Part shown: piece by piece, positions 43,280 through 53,705 of the stretch
Position numbering within the stretch: position 1 is the stretch's first letter
How the letters are laid out: each line of letters begins with the position of its first letter
Assembly: GCA_963762655.1 (NCBI GenBank)
Contig: CAVXLU010000005.1
Coordinates: 2,062,760 to 2,126,759 of the forward strand
Direction: 5' to 3'
Source: an uncultured Chitinophagaceae bacterium
Lineage (GTDB): Bacteria > Bacteroidota > Bacteroidia > Chitinophagales > Chitinophagaceae
Length of the DNA: 64,000 nt
The notes under the pieces: generated by a model
The model's database searches: none
What the model was told of the DNA's origin: nothing
The model's input: the letters and a program-made list of their open reading frames with translations, nothing else
Position numbers and translations under genes: made by a program

Positions 43280-45472
43280 TTCTTCATCCGCCCCACCGGC
43301 AGGCCGCCCCGGCGTAGTTCGGGCCGCGCTGCCAAATCGATAAACAAATCCAAGCGTCACTACGCGTGTGTCCCGGGTGATCTTAAAATACTCGGTTGCA
43401 CCTTTGAAAATGGTATTCCCCTTCATCGCCTGGGTATAGAATATATCTTTCCAGCTGAGTTTCAGCGTTGCCCTGTTCTGAAAGAGTTGCTTTGCTAAAC
43501 CGATACCCACCTGACCGGTGGGATCTGTGATTTCCTGTAGCTCCTGCTCGCTGTGTTGGTACACACCCGTTAATTCTCCTGACCAGCCTTTTTTGAAACT
43601 GAATTGGTTGTTGAGGTTGAAATTGAACTGGATGAGCGCGGCCTTTCTTTGATCCCATACAAAGCCCTTGATCTTTTTATAACTCAGCGTTGCTTCGGCT
43701 GTGAAAGACCACCAGCTTAATGGCGAAATTTGTGAACTGACCGTAAGGCTAAAATTTTCCATTTTGTCCAGGTTGCCTTCGGTGTAGGTGATGATATTTG
43801 TGCTGTCGGCATAAAAGATCTGAGAGAAATAATCCTTCGTATAACTATAACCTAAACTCGTTACCAGCAAACCTTTGAACGAATGGGTGAGTTCTGTGTT
43901 CCAGGTGTATTGCGGCCGGTAATATGGATTGCCGCTTTCATAAGTGTATTTGTTGATCACATAAACAAAAGGGTTCAGCGAACGAAAACCTGGTCTGTCG
44001 ATCCTTCGCCCCGCGCTGAATGTAAAATTATTCACCGAGTCGGTCTGGACGCTGATCGTTGCGGTAGGGAAGAGGCTATTGTAATTTCTTGAAAATGATG
44101 AATCCTTGACCAGGGCGTTTCCCAGTTGTTTGGCATCATATGCCGTGAATTCATACCTCAGTCCTCCCTGGACTGTCCACTTGTCTTTGGTTTTTTTCAT
44201 CGTGGCATACGCGGCATGGATCTGCTCATCATAGATAAAATGATTGGTCTTACCCAGGTCTGTATCCCAACTGCCGCCGTCGGTTCTGCTAATGTATTCG
44301 GCTTTATTATTTGTACGCACTCTTGAAGATTTCCAGCCTGCTTCAAGAGAAACACCCCTGCCGATGTTCTGGATGTAGTCGGCCTTGGCCGAAAAAACGC
44401 TGAGGGTGGAAGGAAGGTCCCCGCGAATCTCTTCTTCATATCCATTGATGAGATCCAACACATGATGATATTTTTGCCTGTTGTGTATCCGGTAACCAAG
44501 ATAATTGACATCAACAGTCAGTTCCCTTCCTTCATCAAAAACATGCCTGCCTGTGAGGTTCACGGTTCCATTGGTAGTCCTGTCGAGGTTGTCGCTGTTG
44601 GTGAAGATCACCGAGTCGGTTCTCCCTGCTGCATTTTTCCAGATCGCGGTATTGGTGCCTGTGAATATCCTTTTGAATCCTGCACCACTAACAACGAGAC
44701 CCAACGTGGTTTTCGGACTAATGAAATAATCCACGCCAGCCTTTATATTTTGTGAAGGCACCCGGCCTTTGAACCATGATGGCTGATCGAGGATGCTCAC
44801 CAGATTGTTGCTACCATCATCCGAATAATAATTTCGGAGCGCATAGAAATCGCTGAAATTATTATTGACGTTCAGCCCGGCAGAAAGATAGAAATTGAGC
44901 TTTCCTTTGTAGTAGTTGAATGAAACCGAGTTGAAGGTTTTATTATATCTCCCCTGTCCGGAAGACAGGTTGAGGTTTCCATTGAAGCCTTTCAGTTGAT
45001 TCTTTCTGGTAATGATATTGACCACGCCAGCGTTGCCTGCTGCCTCATATTTTGCAGAAGGATTGTCCATAATTTCGATTTGTTCCACCTGCGAAGCGGA
45101 CATTCCATTCAACAGGTTATTCAGGTCACTGCCGGCGAGGATCGCAGGTTTGCCATCAATCATTACCATTACTCCGCGTTTGCCTTTCAGACTGATCTCC
45201 CCATTACGATCAACGGTTATGCCTGGAGATTTTTCGAGAATTTCCATCAATGTTGATCCGGTGGCAGTAATGGATGCTGCAACATTCACGATGGTCTTGT
45301 CTGGCAGGAACTGCACCATTGCTTTTTTGCCGGTGATCGTCACTTCATCAAGTGTCGACCTGAAGACTGTAGTATCGTGAGCATTATTTTTTTTGATCAA
45401 TGAATCTGTCATCTGGGAAAGCGAAATTCCAGGCACAATAAGGACAAAGGCGAAGAAGATCCGGCCACGCAT
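43256..45472 (-). CDS. TonB-dependent-receptor-like outer membrane beta-barrel protein (plug + barrel)
   Basis: 738 aa with a signal peptide, a plug region (VTITGKK...GITVDRNGEISLKGKRGVMVMIDGKP) and a long beta-barrel ending in ..GFVYRFG plus a charged tail. Confidence 0.8.
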   Translation of the reverse strand: MRGRIFFAFVLIVPGISLSQMTDSLIKKNNAHDTTVFRSTLDEVTITGKKAMVQFLPDKTIVNVAASITATGSTLMEILEKSPGITVDRNGEISLKGKRGVMVMIDGKPAILAGSDLNNLLNGMSASQVEQIEIMDNPSAKYEAAGNAGVVNIITRKNQLKGFNGNLNLSSGQGRYNKTFNSVSFNYYKGKLNFYLSAGLNVNNNFSDFYALRNYYSDDGSNNLVSILDQPSWFKGRVPSQNIKAGVDYFISPKTTLGLVVSGAGFKRIFTGTNTAIWKNAAGRTDSVIFTNSDNLDRTTNGTVNLTGRHVFDEGRELTVDVNYLGYRIHNRQKYHHVLDLINGYEEEIRGDLPSTLSVFSAKADYIQNIGRGVSLEAGWKSSRVRTNNKAEYISRTDGGSWDTDLGKTNHFIYDEQIHAAYATMKKTKDKWTVQGGLRYEFTAYDAKQLGNALVKDSSFSRNYNSLFPTATISVQTDSVNNFTFSAGRRIDRPGFRSLNPFVYVINKYTYESGNPYYRPQYTWNTELTHSFKGLLVTSLGYSYTKDYFSQIFYADSTNIITYTEGNLDKMENFSLTVSSQISPLSWWSFTAEATLSYKKIKGFVWDQRKAALIQFNFNLNNQFSFKKGWSGELTGVYQHSEQELQEITDPTGQVGIGLAKQLFQNRATLKLSWKDIFYTQAMKGNTIFKGATEYFKITRDTRVVTLGFVYRFGSAARTTPGRPAGGADEELKRIDGG

Positions 45473-45625
45473 GTCTTGGGTTCTTTCAGAAAGTTAGTTC
45501 GATCGGCCGGGATAATTCGGCGAAAAGGGGCCAGCGGCAGTATAGAGATACAAACGTTCTAATTCATCTTATAAAGGCCGATAATGTTGTAATTTGTACC
45601 CCTTTCTTATTAATCACAGATTTTA

Positions 45626-46402
45626 ATGTACACTGAGATGAAAAAAAGTTTTTTTGCATTGGTAATGTCACTCCTTTTTGCCACTATAGGTTTTGCCCAG
45701 GTGGACACATCTAAACAGACACCAGAGTCGAGTGAATTATGGGACCCGGTTCCAAGAATCGTGACACCTGGCACGCCACCGGTGAATTCAACTCCGGTCA
45801 AAGCGCCGTCAGATGCCATTGTGCTCTTTGATGGCAAGGATCTATCCAAATGGAAGGACACAAAGAACGGTGGCTCTGCCAGCTGGCCGGTTGGCGATGG
45901 CGCAGTAACCGTCAAGCCCAAAGGAGGGGATATCGAAACCAGGCAAACCTTTGATGACTATCAACTTCATATTGAATTCAGAACACCGGCCGAAGTAAAA
46001 GGCACGAGTCAGGGAAGGGGCAACAGCGGCATCTTCATGCAGGGTGTGTATGAGCTGCAGGTTTTGGATAATTATGAGAATGAAACATACCGCAATGGCC
46101 AGGTTGGCTCCATTTACAAACAAACCATGCCGCTGGTGAACCCCTGCAGGAAACCCGGCGAATGGCAGGTCTACGATGTCATCTACACAGCGCCCAAGTT
46201 CAACAAAGACAGTCAGATGGTGATTCCTCCTTACATCACCGTAATGCTCAACGGGGTGTTGGTGCAAAATCATACTGCCATCCAGGGCACCACCCCTTAT
46301 ATCGGTCAACCCGAATGGCACCCTCACGGAAAAGGTCCGATTCGCCTGCAGGATCACAACAATCCAACAAGCTTCAGGAATATCTGGATCAGAGAAATTT
46401 AA
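45626..46402 (+). CDS. DUF1080 (3-keto-disaccharide hydrolase family) protein
   Basis: 258 aa with a signal peptide. YQLHIEFRTP...GNSGIFMQGVYELQVLDNY...IRLQDHNNPTSFRNIWIREI matches the DUF1080 pattern. Confidence 0.85.
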   Translation: MYTEMKKSFFALVMSLLFATIGFAQVDTSKQTPESSELWDPVPRIVTPGTPPVNSTPVKAPSDAIVLFDGKDLSKWKDTKNGGSASWPVGDGAVTVKPKGGDIETRQTFDDYQLHIEFRTPAEVKGTSQGRGNSGIFMQGVYELQVLDNYENETYRNGQVGSIYKQTMPLVNPCRKPGEWQVYDVIYTAPKFNKDSQMVIPPYITVMLNGVLVQNHTAIQGTTPYIGQPEWHPHGKGPIRLQDHNNPTSFRNIWIREI

Positions 46403-46410
46403 AGATCAAA

Positions 46411-46440
46411 GGGCGCATCAACAGATTGCGTCCTTTCTTT
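46411..46440 (+). terminator. candidate intrinsic terminator of the DUF1080 gene
   Basis: GGGCGCA (46411-46417) pairs with TGCGTCC (46427-46433), 7 bp with one G-U, and is followed by TTTCTTT. Confidence 0.45.
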
Positions 46441-46585
46441 CCCCCTGATCTTTGGGGAAATTCGGGATAACTGCCGCGGTCAATCCTATTCAAATCCATT
46501 GGGAAGATGACAGAAACGACCAAAATTCTTAAAAATTAATTACAGATACTCCATGTTGAGTTCTGCTGCGCAGCCAGGTATGCGC

Positions 46586-46712
46586 AAAAAAAAACCCCTC
46601 AGTGGAGGGGTTGTTGGCAGGCAATCGTCTTAACAGGACGTTAAAATAAGATAAATCCACCCAACAAAAAAAAGCCCACTGTAGAAACAGTAGGCTCTAA
46701 CGATTGCTTGCC
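46586..46712 (-). ncRNA. candidate structured small RNA with two intrinsic terminator hairpins (orphan, minus strand)
   Basis: The minus strand reads GGCAAGCAAUCGU-..-[GCCUACUG..CAGUGGGC]U8-..-ACGAUUGCCUGCC-AACAA-[CCCCUC CACU GAGGGG]U9. The 13-bp long-range stem is 46616-46628/46700-46712. The terminator hairpins are at 46666-46695 and 46586-46610. No minus-strand CDS lies upstream. Confidence 0.3.
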
Positions 46713-46892
46713 ATATGAAAAATTTCAAATCTGCCCTTTTATGATTTAACTTAGTCAAACCTCATCGGAGCCAGAAACATATTAGTTTTAATTTCATTTG
46801 TGCTTTCCCTCTAATCGACCCACGAATATAAACCTTTCTTCTGAAAAAACAGCATTTTTTACCCTGTTTTAGGTTTATTACATATTTTTTTC

Positions 46893-47780
46893 TTGAAAAT
46901 AATTATATTAAATTTATTTTTATGTATCATTTATGGGGTTAATCAGTTTTCCTGGTTATCACCAAAATGTCAATCCCGGGTGGAAAACTATTTTTCTGCG
47001 AGGGATTCAGTTTTACCAGATTCCTCCGCAGGATTCAAAATTATAAGCAAAACCGCCCTTCCCGCGGACCTCAAACGGATATCCGCCATTTCTTTTATAG
47101 ACGACGAACATATTGCCTGTCTTACTAATGAAACCGGTTCCATCCGAATTTACAACCTGCGGGACGGTACATTGGACAAAGAAATCCCATTTGCACCTCC
47201 GGGAAACTATGAAGCCCTGGCTATCGTTAATGAAACCGCCTACATCGGGTGTGCTGATGGCAGGATCTTCGAAATGGGTAGCTACAATTCCACTGAACCA
47301 CAGATCAGGGAATACGGTACTTCTCTGACCATCAAAGAACAATTATCCGGTCTCTGTTTCGACAAAAAAAACAAACGCCTGCTTGTAACGATAAGGGCCA
47401 AAGACCCGGGATCACAATTTTTCAAAGGCATATATGCTTTTGATCTTTCTACAAAACAGATGCCCGTAATTCCTGTAATCCGCGTTAATCTGCAGGATTC
47501 CATCTTTGGCAAACCGGTCCGTAACCTACAATCTGTTTTTCAACCCGCCGACATTGCCTGCCGGGAATCAACTGGAGAATTTTTTCTTCCCGATGGCAAT
47601 CGCCGGCAACTGGTCGTCCTGAATGAAAAAGGGGAAATTAAAAAGATCCTGACACTGGATAAGTCGCAATTTTCCCAGCCCGAAGGAATGAGTTTTTCGG
47701 GTTCAGATGAGGCCTGGATCTGCAATGCAGGTAAGGAGGACCAACCCGCCACGCTGATCAAAATAAGGATTGTAAACTAA
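46893..47780 (+). CDS. SdiA-regulated (YjiK-like) beta-propeller domain protein, tentative
   Basis: 295 aa with a TTG start and an N-terminal hydrophobic segment. Repeated blade-like segments and a C-terminal FSQPEGMSF motif resemble the SdiA-regulated family. Confidence 0.45.
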   Translation: MKIIILNLFLCIIYGVNQFSWLSPKCQSRVENYFSARDSVLPDSSAGFKIISKTALPADLKRISAISFIDDEHIACLTNETGSIRIYNLRDGTLDKEIPFAPPGNYEALAIVNETAYIGCADGRIFEMGSYNSTEPQIREYGTSLTIKEQLSGLCFDKKNKRLLVTIRAKDPGSQFFKGIYAFDLSTKQMPVIPVIRVNLQDSIFGKPVRNLQSVFQPADIACRESTGEFFLPDGNRRQLVVLNEKGEIKKILTLDKSQFSQPEGMSFSGSDEAWICNAGKEDQPATLIKIRIVN

Positions 47781-47796
47781 TTTCCGGTAGCAACAA

Positions 47797-47852
47797 TAAA
47801 AAGCCTGAACCCCGGCGATAGTTCCGCGAGTTCAGGCTGATCTTATTTTTTT
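47797..47852. terminator. bidirectional intrinsic terminator between convergent genes
   Basis: AGCCTGAAC (47802-47810) pairs with GTTCAGGCT (47830-47838). An A run lies on the left and a T7 run on the right (47845-47851). Confidence 0.65.
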
Positions 47853-47858
47853 AGGCTT

Positions 47859-48449
47859 CTAGCGCTTGTTGTTAAATAAGGTAAAGAAGATGAACAGCTG
47901 GGCGACACCATTTTTGGCATCTGCGTTGGCCAGATCACCCGGTTCGAAGTCGCCAACCTTGGAAACTCCAACCACATATCTTCCACCAATTCCGACGCCC
48001 GAGCTGCTGTGGTAACCTAATCCAGCATCGACGGCCACATCCAGGTTATTCGCAAAACTTTCGACACTGCGGTTTGTAGTATTGTCGGATAGTTTAAAGC
48101 CTACCTGGGGACCCGCTTCAAGGTAGAAGCCTCCATTAAAACGGTATTTAAATAGCACCGGTACGGTAAGGTAAGAGACTTTGAAGTTCTGTTCATTGCC
48201 GGCGTTTTCATACTTGGCACCCTGTGAGGAGAAGAGCACCTCGGGCTGGATGGATGCGTTGCTCCCAAACATCAGGTTGATCATACCGCCAGCATGAAAA
48301 CCAACTAATGCCTTTTTCTTTACGTCGCTGGCTGACCCGCTTCCTGAAAAATTGCTGACGTTCAAGCCACCTTTGATCCCTAATTGGAAACCCTGAGCGA
48401 ACAATCCCGAACTGATCACAAGCAGTGGGAGGATAAGAATTTTTTTCAT
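47859..48449 (-). CDS. porin family / outer membrane beta-barrel protein
   Basis: 196 aa with signal peptide MKKILILPLLVISSGLFAQ and the typical GIKGGLNVSNFSG... alternating beta-strands, ending in an aromatic-rich terminal strand. Confidence 0.75.
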   Translation of the reverse strand: MKKILILPLLVISSGLFAQGFQLGIKGGLNVSNFSGSGSASDVKKKALVGFHAGGMINLMFGSNASIQPEVLFSSQGAKYENAGNEQNFKVSYLTVPVLFKYRFNGGFYLEAGPQVGFKLSDNTTNRSVESFANNLDVAVDAGLGYHSSSGVGIGGRYVVGVSKVGDFEPGDLANADAKNGVAQLFIFFTLFNNKR

Positions 48450-48520
48450 AATCTTTTAGTTAATGCAGGTATGGAATAGTACTACCTGATAGAAACTATA
48501 AAAAATTATGCCCCGGCTGG

Positions 48521-48988
48521 TTATTTCGATTTGGGGTAATCGTTGTTGATCTCGACCCAGTATCCATCCGGATCTTTGAAATAGATCTGTTTGATACCAT
48601 CTACCCGCGTAGTAATTGTATTGGCCACGCCAGGCCAGCTTTCGTAAGCGATGTTATTTTTCCTGAGCCTCGAGATCACGTCTTCGACCGAAGGCACACT
48701 GAAGCAGAGGTGGCCGTTTTTATCGTGCGAAACTACAGAGTCGGCACCCTGAATAAGATGGAGGTGACTCGAAGGTCCAACGGAGAACCAGGTGTGTTTG
48801 CCATCGTGAAAAGGTTCAGGGATGGTGTCGAGCATCACCATTTTTTGATAAAAACCAGTGCTCACCGCAAGGTCTTTAACATAGAGGGCGATATGGTTCA
48901 GTACCGGCTTAGCCGTTTGGGCTTGGTCTGCCTGGGCAAAAAAAGTGGCGAAAACAACAATTGATATAAGGCGCTTCCAGCTTTTCAT
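48521..48988 (-). CDS. VOC (glyoxalase/bleomycin resistance/dioxygenase) family protein with signal peptide
   Basis: 155 aa. LNHIALYVKDLAVSTGFY...HLCFSV...DPDGYWVEI matches the VOC pattern. Confidence 0.8.
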   Translation of the reverse strand: MKSWKRLISIVVFATFFAQADQAQTAKPVLNHIALYVKDLAVSTGFYQKMVMLDTIPEPFHDGKHTWFSVGPSSHLHLIQGADSVVSHDKNGHLCFSVPSVEDVISRLRKNNIAYESWPGVANTITTRVDGIKQIYFKDPDGYWVEINNDYPKSK

Positions 48989-49045
48989 ACTACAAGATAA
49001 ACGCAGTGGACGGAATTTCTGGCTTTTAATTGCTAATTTTCTGGC

Positions 49046-49879
49046 ATGATCAAGGTGGGAGAATTCAACAAACTAAAGGTGATCCGTGAGGTTGATTTCG
49101 GATTGTACCTCGATGATGGTGCTGAAGGCATCCTGCTGCCCCGGCGTTTTGTTCCCATGGGGGCCGGACCCGGTGATGAGTTGCGTGTGTTTGTATATCA
49201 TGATTCCGAAGACCGGTTGATCGCCACCACCCAGGAGCCCAAAGCGGTTCTGGGCGATATTGTTCAACTTAAAGCGGTCAGCGTTACACCTCACGGCGCC
49301 TTCCTCGACTGGGGGCTTATGAAGGACGTCTTTGTTCCCGCATCCAAACAGCTGAATCGAATGTATCCCGGGGAGAATTACATCGTGAAGCTCTATCTCG
49401 ATGAACGCACGGGCAGGGTGGCGGCAACAGAAAAAATTGAAGCCTTCCTGAGCAATGATTCGCTTACTGTGAAGGAATTAGAGGAAGTGAATTTACTGGC
49501 CTACCGGAAGACAGACATAGGCTTTGTGATGATCATTAACAATCACCACACGGGCATACTTCACTTTAATGAAGTGTATCGCACGATCGGGATCGGTGAC
49601 CGTTTCAAAGGATTCGTCAAGAAAATATCCCCCGACAACAAGATCGATGTGGTTTCCGGCAAGAAGGGATATGAACGTGTGGAAGGAGAGCTGCAGAAGA
49701 TTCTTGATCTGCTCGAGCGCAACAATGGCTACCTGCCATACAATGACAAGTCGGATCCCGCAGAAATCTATTCTTACTTCGGAATGAGCAAGAAAACTTT
49801 CAAGATGTCTACCGGTAATTTGTTCAAGCAAAGGCGCATAGAGTTTACTAAAACCGGTATTAAGATGATTGAAGACTGA
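49046..49879 (+). CDS. S1 RNA-binding domain protein (CvfB/YitL family)
   Basis: 277 aa. MIKVGEFNKLKVIREVDFGLYLDDG... is followed by repeated S1-like segments and a C-terminal winged-helix-like end. Confidence 0.8.
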   Translation: MIKVGEFNKLKVIREVDFGLYLDDGAEGILLPRRFVPMGAGPGDELRVFVYHDSEDRLIATTQEPKAVLGDIVQLKAVSVTPHGAFLDWGLMKDVFVPASKQLNRMYPGENYIVKLYLDERTGRVAATEKIEAFLSNDSLTVKELEEVNLLAYRKTDIGFVMIINNHHTGILHFNEVYRTIGIGDRFKGFVKKISPDNKIDVVSGKKGYERVEGELQKILDLLERNNGYLPYNDKSDPAEIYSYFGMSKKTFKMSTGNLFKQRRIEFTKTGIKMIED

Positions 49880-49913
49880 TCATTGCGCTGGTGTCAATTC
49901 TACTGTAACGCTT

Positions 49914-50198
49914 TCATAGAAAAGTCCTGACCAGCAACTTCCATTCTTCTTCGAGTGAAATATTCGGCGCATTCTTGCCGGCCCGATGATACCAGTAGTG
50001 TGCATTGTTTGCATCGCCTTCTTTACGATGCAGGTAGGCATGGATTAGCGAGCCATTGATCCCGGGAATATCCTGTGCGATCTCATGCGATCGTTCCCAG
50101 TCTTTACATCCGTCGTACCATAGCGATCGCAATTCTTCTGAGAGCACTGGAGGCGGCTGATCTAAACGCAGGCTCGCCACAAATTGGTCATAATCCAT
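49914..50198 (-). CDS. hypothetical protein
   Basis: 94-aa ORF with coding-like composition. No family recognised. Confidence 0.45.
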   Translation of the reverse strand: MDYDQFVASLRLDQPPPVLSEELRSLWYDGCKDWERSHEIAQDIPGINGSLIHAYLHRKEGDANNAHYWYHRAGKNAPNISLEEEWKLLVRTFL

Positions 50199-50231
50199 CC
50201 TTGAAGTTAAGTGCTTTTAGTAATTTTAGGT

Positions 50232-51248
50232 ATGCCGAACGAGAACCTGAATGCGGGCAACAGCGTCCTCACACCCATGGACAAGGAATTTGAAAACAAT
50301 ATCCGTCCATCTGTTATCGCTGAGTTTTCGGGACAGGAGCAGATCATCGAGAACCTGAAGGTCTTCATCCAGGCGGCGAAGATGCGTGGCGAAGCGCTCG
50401 ACCATATTCTATTCCATGGTCCACCGGGTCTTGGCAAAACCACGCTCAGTCGCATCGTGGCTAATGAGCTGCAGGTGAAGATCAGGGAAACATCGGGACC
50501 AGTGATCGAAAAGCCAGGTGACCTCGCCGGATTACTTACAAACCTGGAACCAAACGACGTTTTATTTATTGATGAAATCCACCGACTCAGCACCGTTGTT
50601 GAAGAATACCTCTATGCCGCCATGGAAGATTATCGGCTCGACATCATGATTGACAGTGGTCCTAATGCGCGCAGCATCCAGTTAAACCTCAGTCCATTCA
50701 CACTGATCGGGGCAACAACAAGAAGCGGATTGCTCTCTGCGCCTTTGCTTTCTAGGTTCGCCATCAAGTCGAGACTGCAGTATTATTCTGCAGAAACGCT
50801 GTACCAGATCATCCTTCGCGCGGCAGCGATTCTTTCTGTAAAAATTACCTCTGACGCGGCGCGAGAGATTTCCGGGCGCAGCAGGGGCACACCCAGGATC
50901 GCCAATGGTTTGCTCAGAAGGGTTCGCGATTTCGCGCAAGTGCTGCACAATGGTGTGATCGACCTGGCCATTACCGCTCATTCGCTCAGGGCCCTGAACG
51001 TTGATGAACACGGTTTGGACGAGATGGACAACAAGATCTTAGTGACCATTATCGATAAATTTAAGGGCGGCCCGGTAGGTATCAGTACCATCGCCACAGC
51101 GGTAGGTGAGGAGTCGGGCACAATTGAAGAAGTTTATGAACCCTTTCTGATCCAGGAGGGATTCCTGCAACGCACACCGCGAGGCCGGGAGGTCACGGCC
51201 AAGGCCTACCAACACCTGGGGAAAATTTCGCCCGGTAAACTGTTTTGA
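50232..51248 (+). CDS. ruvB: Holliday junction branch migration helicase RuvB
   Basis: ORF 50211..51248 with an ATG at 50232. Contains Walker [11 protein letters not shown], Walker [10 protein letters not shown] and the RuvB C-terminal winged helix. Confidence 0.95.
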   Translation: MPNENLNAGNSVLTPMDKEFENNIRPSVIAEFSGQEQIIENLKVFIQAAKMRGEALDHILFHGPPGLGKTTLSRIVANELQVKIRETSGPVIEKPGDLAGLLTNLEPNDVLFIDEIHRLSTVVEEYLYAAMEDYRLDIMIDSGPNARSIQLNLSPFTLIGATTRSGLLSAPLLSRFAIKSRLQYYSAETLYQIILRAAAILSVKITSDAAREISGRSRGTPRIANGLLRRVRDFAQVLHNGVIDLAITAHSLRALNVDEHGLDEMDNKILVTIIDKFKGGPVGISTIATAVGEESGTIEEVYEPFLIQEGFLQRTPRGREVTAKAYQHLGKISPGKLF

Positions 51249-51318
51249 ATCCCAAAACCTGAAAGTAAAACCCCTGGCTGTTTTCAGATAGCCAAACCGG
51301 GTTTAGAATTTATCTTAT

Positions 51319-52026
51319 TTAAGCCGCTGGTGTCGGAACAACCAGCCTGAAGCCGTTTCCATGTATGTTTACGATCTCGATATTCGAATCGTCCTTCAGG
51401 TATTTTCTTAATTTGGCAATATAGACGTCCATGCTTCTTCCATTGAAGTAGGTGTCGCTGCCCCAGATCTTTTTGAGCGCGTGTTCGCGTGGAAGAAGGT
51501 CGTTGAGGTGTTCAGCAAGCAATTTCAGCAATTCATTCTCCTTGGGAGACAGGGTCTGCATTTTGCCACTATGGCTCAGTTCCCGGAGCTTGGGATTGAA
51601 ATGGTAACTTGCGAGGTCATATTCCTTGTTCTCATTCTCCTTATTTCCTTCCTCGTTTCGTTTAAGGATGGCCTTTATTTTCAATAAAAGCACCTCGCTG
51701 TCGAATGGCTTTGTGATGTAGTCGTCGGCGCCAAGCTTGTATCCCTGGATGATATCGTCCTTCATCGTCTTGGCACTCAGGAAAAACAGGGGGATATCGG
51801 GATCCACGTCGCGAATCTCCTCCGCCAGCGTGAAACCATCCATATGCGGCATCATAATGTCCAGCAAACAAAGATCAAACTTCTCTCTTTGAAAGGCAGC
51901 AAGACCGAGCCGTCCGTCCCTTTCGAGCGTAACGTCGTAGTCATTCAGTTCCAGATAATTCTTAAGTACCATCCCCAGATTTGTATCATCTTCACAAAGG
52001 AGAATTTTGGTTTTTTTACCTTCCAT
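51319..52026 (-). CDS. OmpR-family response regulator transcription factor
   Basis: 235 aa with a receiver domain (ILLCEDD, LCLLDIMMPHMDGF, SAKT) and a winged-helix output domain. Confidence 0.9.
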   Translation of the reverse strand: MEGKKTKILLCEDDTNLGMVLKNYLELNDYDVTLERDGRLGLAAFQREKFDLCLLDIMMPHMDGFTLAEEIRDVDPDIPLFFLSAKTMKDDIIQGYKLGADDYITKPFDSEVLLLKIKAILKRNEEGNKENENKEYDLASYHFNPKLRELSHSGKMQTLSPKENELLKLLAEHLNDLLPREHALKKIWGSDTYFNGRSMDVYIAKLRKYLKDDSNIEIVNIHGNGFRLVVPTPAA

Positions 52027-52145
52027 GGTTTAAATTTAATCGTTGTAGTTAAACATACGAGAAATAAAATTAATGAATTTGCCTTGTTTGGACTCCACTG
52101 AATAATTTTTTGTTAATATATATCTTACATAAATAATAGCCGGTT

Positions 52146-53696
52146 ATGCCTGACAAAGACACCTTCCTGAAAGAGATCTCGCAGGGTTTTACGTTCAAGG
52201 GAGAAACATTTAGAATTGGTGTTGCAATGCTCGACAAGGACGCACTCACAGGAGCAGAAGTGTCCATTCCCCTCAAAACCATGAACCGGCATGGCCTGAT
52301 CGCCGGAGCAACCGGAACGGGTAAAACAAAGACACTTCAGGTACTGGCAGAAGGACTCAGTAATGCCAGCGTTCCTGTATTGCTGATGGACATCAAGGGT
52401 GACCTCAGCGGCCTGGCTGCGCCAGGAACGGTCAATGACAAGATCAGGGAAAGAATGGCTTTGGCGGGCGGAGAATACAAACCTTCTGCATTTCCCGTTG
52501 AACTGCTTACGCTCAGCAACGAAAAGGGAGTTCGGATACGCGCCACCGTTACCGAGTTCGGCCCAATCCTGTTGTCTAAAATCCTTGGTTTGAACGACAC
52601 ACAGGAAGGAGTAGTCTCGATGATCTTTAAATATTGTGACGACAACAAACTTCCACTTCTCGACCTGAAAGATTTTATAAGGATCCTGCAATATGTGGGC
52701 AATGAAGGAAAGAAAGAACTTGAAAAGGACTACGGTAAAATTTCCACCACCACCACCGGCACCATTTTGCGTAAAGTGATCGAGCTCCAGCAGCAGGGGG
52801 CGGACCTCTTCTTCGGAGAACCATCTTTCGCTGTGGAAGACCTGATGAGGATGTCCGATGACGGCAGGGGAGTGATCAGTGTGCTGAGGGTAACGGACAT
52901 GCAGAACCGACCGAAGCTATTTTCGACTTTCATGCTCAGCCTGCTTGCAGAACTGTACGGCTCTCTGCCCGAGGAGGGCGACATGGACAAGCCCAAACTG
53001 GTGATCTTCATCGATGAGGCGCATCTCGTTTTCCAGGAAGCCACAACAGCCCTACTGCAGCAGATTGAAACCGTGGTCAAACTGATCAGGTCCAAAGGCG
53101 TCGGCATTTTTTTCTGTACCCAGAACCCACAGGACATTCCCGCGGGTGTGCTGGCCCAGCTCGGTCTGAAGGTGCAGCATGCACTCAGGGCATTCACTGC
53201 TGCTGACCGTAAAACCATTAAGAAGGCAGCCGAAAACTATCCCGAATCTGCGTATTACGACGTGGACGAACTGATGACACAGCTCGGCACAGGTGAAGCA
53301 TTTGTAACGATGCTGAATGAAAAAGGCATCCCTACTCCACTTGTTCATACCATGCTTATCCCTCCTTCGTCAAGGATGGACATACTTTCCGACAGCGAGC
53401 TCAATGACCTTACGTCCAGGTCGAAATTGATTGCCAGGTACAACAAGACGGTGGATTCTGAAAGTGCCTATGAGATCCTCAATGCTAAACTTGCCGAAGC
53501 CAGCGCAGGAGTCGAAACAGGAAAGGCCGAGACAGTGCGCACAACTTCAAAAGAAGCCCCGAAGTCTACCCTCGAGACCATACTCAGCAATTCAGTAACG
53601 CGGCAGATCGGCAGAACCGCTGCCAGCATCGTTACACGTAGCCTGCTTGGCGCACTCGGACTGGGTGGCAGAAGCAAAACAAAAAAATGGTTCTGA
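52146..53696 (+). CDS. DUF853 / HerA-like P-loop ATPase (YjgR family)
   Basis: 516 aa with Walker A GATGTGKTKTLQ and Walker B VIFIDEAH. The C-terminal tail is typical of YjgR. Confidence 0.85.
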   Translation: MPDKDTFLKEISQGFTFKGETFRIGVAMLDKDALTGAEVSIPLKTMNRHGLIAGATGTGKTKTLQVLAEGLSNASVPVLLMDIKGDLSGLAAPGTVNDKIRERMALAGGEYKPSAFPVELLTLSNEKGVRIRATVTEFGPILLSKILGLNDTQEGVVSMIFKYCDDNKLPLLDLKDFIRILQYVGNEGKKELEKDYGKISTTTTGTILRKVIELQQQGADLFFGEPSFAVEDLMRMSDDGRGVISVLRVTDMQNRPKLFSTFMLSLLAELYGSLPEEGDMDKPKLVIFIDEAHLVFQEATTALLQQIETVVKLIRSKGVGIFFCTQNPQDIPAGVLAQLGLKVQHALRAFTAADRKTIKKAAENYPESAYYDVDELMTQLGTGEAFVTMLNEKGIPTPLVHTMLIPPSSRMDILSDSELNDLTSRSKLIARYNKTVDSESAYEILNAKLAEASAGVETGKAETVRTTSKEAPKSTLETILSNSVTRQIGRTAASIVTRSLLGALGLGGRSKTKKWF

Positions 53697-53705
53697 GAAT
53701 ACCGT

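Noticed and set aside
45473-45625. Riboswitch (cobalamin/TPP) in the 5' region of the TonB-dependent-receptor-like gene.
   Set aside because: I could not find a B12 box, a TPP CUGAGA/ACCUGA core or other conserved riboswitch strings on the minus strand. The space is shared with the divergent DUF1080 promoter.
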